A DNA stretch of 64,000 nt, taken from the NCBI GenBank assembly GCA_028023455.1, contig JAQFVV010000002.1, positions 10,602,001 to 10,666,000 of the forward strand, given 5' to 3'. Positions within the stretch are counted from its first letter, which is position 1; every line of letters begins with the position of its first letter. A model generated the notes under the pieces. That model was not told the origin of the DNA. It worked only from the letters and a program-made list of their open reading frames with translations, and ran no database searches. Shown here one piece after another: positions 62,001-64,000 of the stretch. The stretch is from Epiperipatus broadwayi (taxonomy: Eukaryota; Animalia; Onychophora). The position numbers and the translations under genes were made by a program.

Positions 62001-64000
62001 ATTAGCTTAATGGTTTATTAAAATTTTATATATAATTAATATGATAAGTGTGCCACATGATACCTATATAAATATGCTATATAAATGCCCGTTGTTACCC
62101 ATCTTATGTGCTACTGTTGAGCTACTGCCGGCACTTGAAGAAGAGAAATGCTGCTGTGACCTCAACTGTGTCATTTGTAAGGTTGTAAGTCTATGAGCAA
62201 TGGTAGAGGAACTAGGGTTAGACCAGAGCCATGGCTTCCACCACCATAAACCTGGTTGGCCTTAGGATGATCTATCAGAGTTCTAGATTTTGTTGCGCAA
62301 ATGCACATATTTGACCGCTACAGTATAGAAAAACTCAGGTGAATAATCAAGGAATGGTTCTAATGAATAAATCTTGAATAAATTGAATAGTCTGAATTAA
62401 TAAATGAATAGTTAAAAATAAATAAATAAATGAATAGTTTCTGAATAGCTTTTGTCTAGCTAGAATGAAACAATAGATGTTGGGGAGATTTTATACATAT
62501 TCAGTCTATTGTCTACCCACACAAATTTTTCTAGAATTTTCTAGATTATCATCTCAAAATAGCCAGGCTTTTAATCACAACATTCCTATAATTATTTCAC
62601 TAATAAACCAGATTTTTATAATTATTTTTACATTTTATGTTCATTACTTTCATGTGTCTTATCTGAACAATCTTAACTCTTAAATTTTTTTATTACAATA
62701 GATTAAAATTTTATTTTGAGGTTAAGAATTGTTCTACAAATTTTAAAATAATCTTATACAAAAGATAACAGATTTATTTAAAAAGTACTTTTTTATAAAA
62801 GAAAATTGACATTATTTTTAGTAAATAACAAATTATTCTACTGATTCATGTGTGTGCATGTATATATATGTGATCACACTTTTCTAACATGTTAAATGAA
62901 AATTAAATTAGCAAAATTTTTAAATTAATTTGAAATAGAAATTTTAACTGAAACCCCTATTTTACAATATATAGATTTGGGACCTAGAAAAGCACCTGTA
63001 TCACTAATTACAGAAGTATGTCTATTCTCTGCTTATAGATATAATCTCCAAAGCATTTTTTAACCTGGTTAAGTAGAAATATAATGCTAATAAATAAAAC
63101 TGGAGTTAAGGTTTTTTCCCCCCTCATCAACAAAAATTATGATCTCAGAAATTTTGTTAATTCTAAGCACTTATTGAAAGATTTTATTAAATGGAATTGC
63201 ACTTCATAATTAAAATAAAATAAGAATTACTTGAGTGAATGATATTACTGAATAGTTGTGCTTTATTGCTTGGAAGTTCAAGAGTTCAAAGACTATGGGC
63301 TAGAGCCATGATCCATTGAACGCTAAAATTTAACATTTCACTATTGTGATTATTGACCTTGTCTGAATTTTTACTTACAGGACAAAAATATTCTTCCAAA
63401 AATTTGGGACAACAGTACTGTATGAAGCTAACAAAAAAGTATTCTTTCAGCAAATAAAATATTCTCTAAGCCTGAATTCAAATAAAAAATTATCTTTATT
63501 TTATCACAAGTCCATATATAGGGTATATGAGCACAGACTTTCAGATGACCCATCACTCTCCAGTCTATCTAATAACACTGAAACACTCAAGCACACATAT
63601 GCTGAAAAGATAAATAATCATCAATATACATGTGTTTCAGTTATCACAAGTCCATATATTGTTACTTTGAAGAGAAATAAATTTAATATTTTTTTGTTTT
63701 TAAATAAATTGACAGACATAGTTGATTCTGAGGGCATATATATTTCTTTCTGTGTACATGAATATATATATATTCTTAGTGCTTATATTATGTATGCTTT
63801 GTATTAATAATCTAAATTATTGTTAATATGAATTTAAAACATAATATATTTTTGTGTTATTACATAGAATATTTTATTGCAAATAAATATTGCATATAAA
63901 AATAGATTTGATTTAAACTAAAAATAAATAATATATTAAAAATTAATTAAAACTATCAATTACTGTATGCATTAATAACTCTACAAAATTGAAAATTAGT

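Noticed and set aside
63381-63440. Good acceptor (ttttacttacag) with a phase-1 open frame GQKYSSKNLGQQYCMKLTK as a possible exon E
   Set aside because: No recognisable similarity to the expected sequence and a weak donor; left unresolved.

Overview
AT-rich, strongly CpG-depleted animal (eukaryotic) genomic DNA, mostly intron or intergenic and dense with transposons. Most entries in the supplied ORF track are spurious or TE-derived. The only host gene I can support is a + strand NWD1/NWD2-like (NACHT + WD40) gene, seen as four in-frame GT-AG exons at 24132-24169, 24532-24634, 28259-28419 and 40574-40657; its other exons were not identified. TEs include several RTE LINE copies (one interrupted by a solo LTR with a 5-bp TSD), a BovB-like RTE fragment, several L1/Tx1-like LINE pieces (one flanked by TAA/TTA microsatellite), a full-length decayed hAT transposase element, a hAT MITE and a non-autonomous TIR element with internal tandem arrays. 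The most striking signal is a set of fold-back (head-to-head, 3' ends outward) elements from three sequence families, each carrying a minimal type I hammerhead ribozyme motif with a short, usually self-complementary helix III. There are ten motif copies, one with a fully intact catalytic core at 18222-18261. This is the architecture known for Penelope-like element pseudo-LTRs and retrozymes. There is also a ~2.2 kb inverted duplication (40905-43130 vs 49163-52043) that includes the 5' end of the hAT element. No tRNA, rRNA or CRISPR array was recognised. All family assignments come from motif recognition by eye, not database searches.
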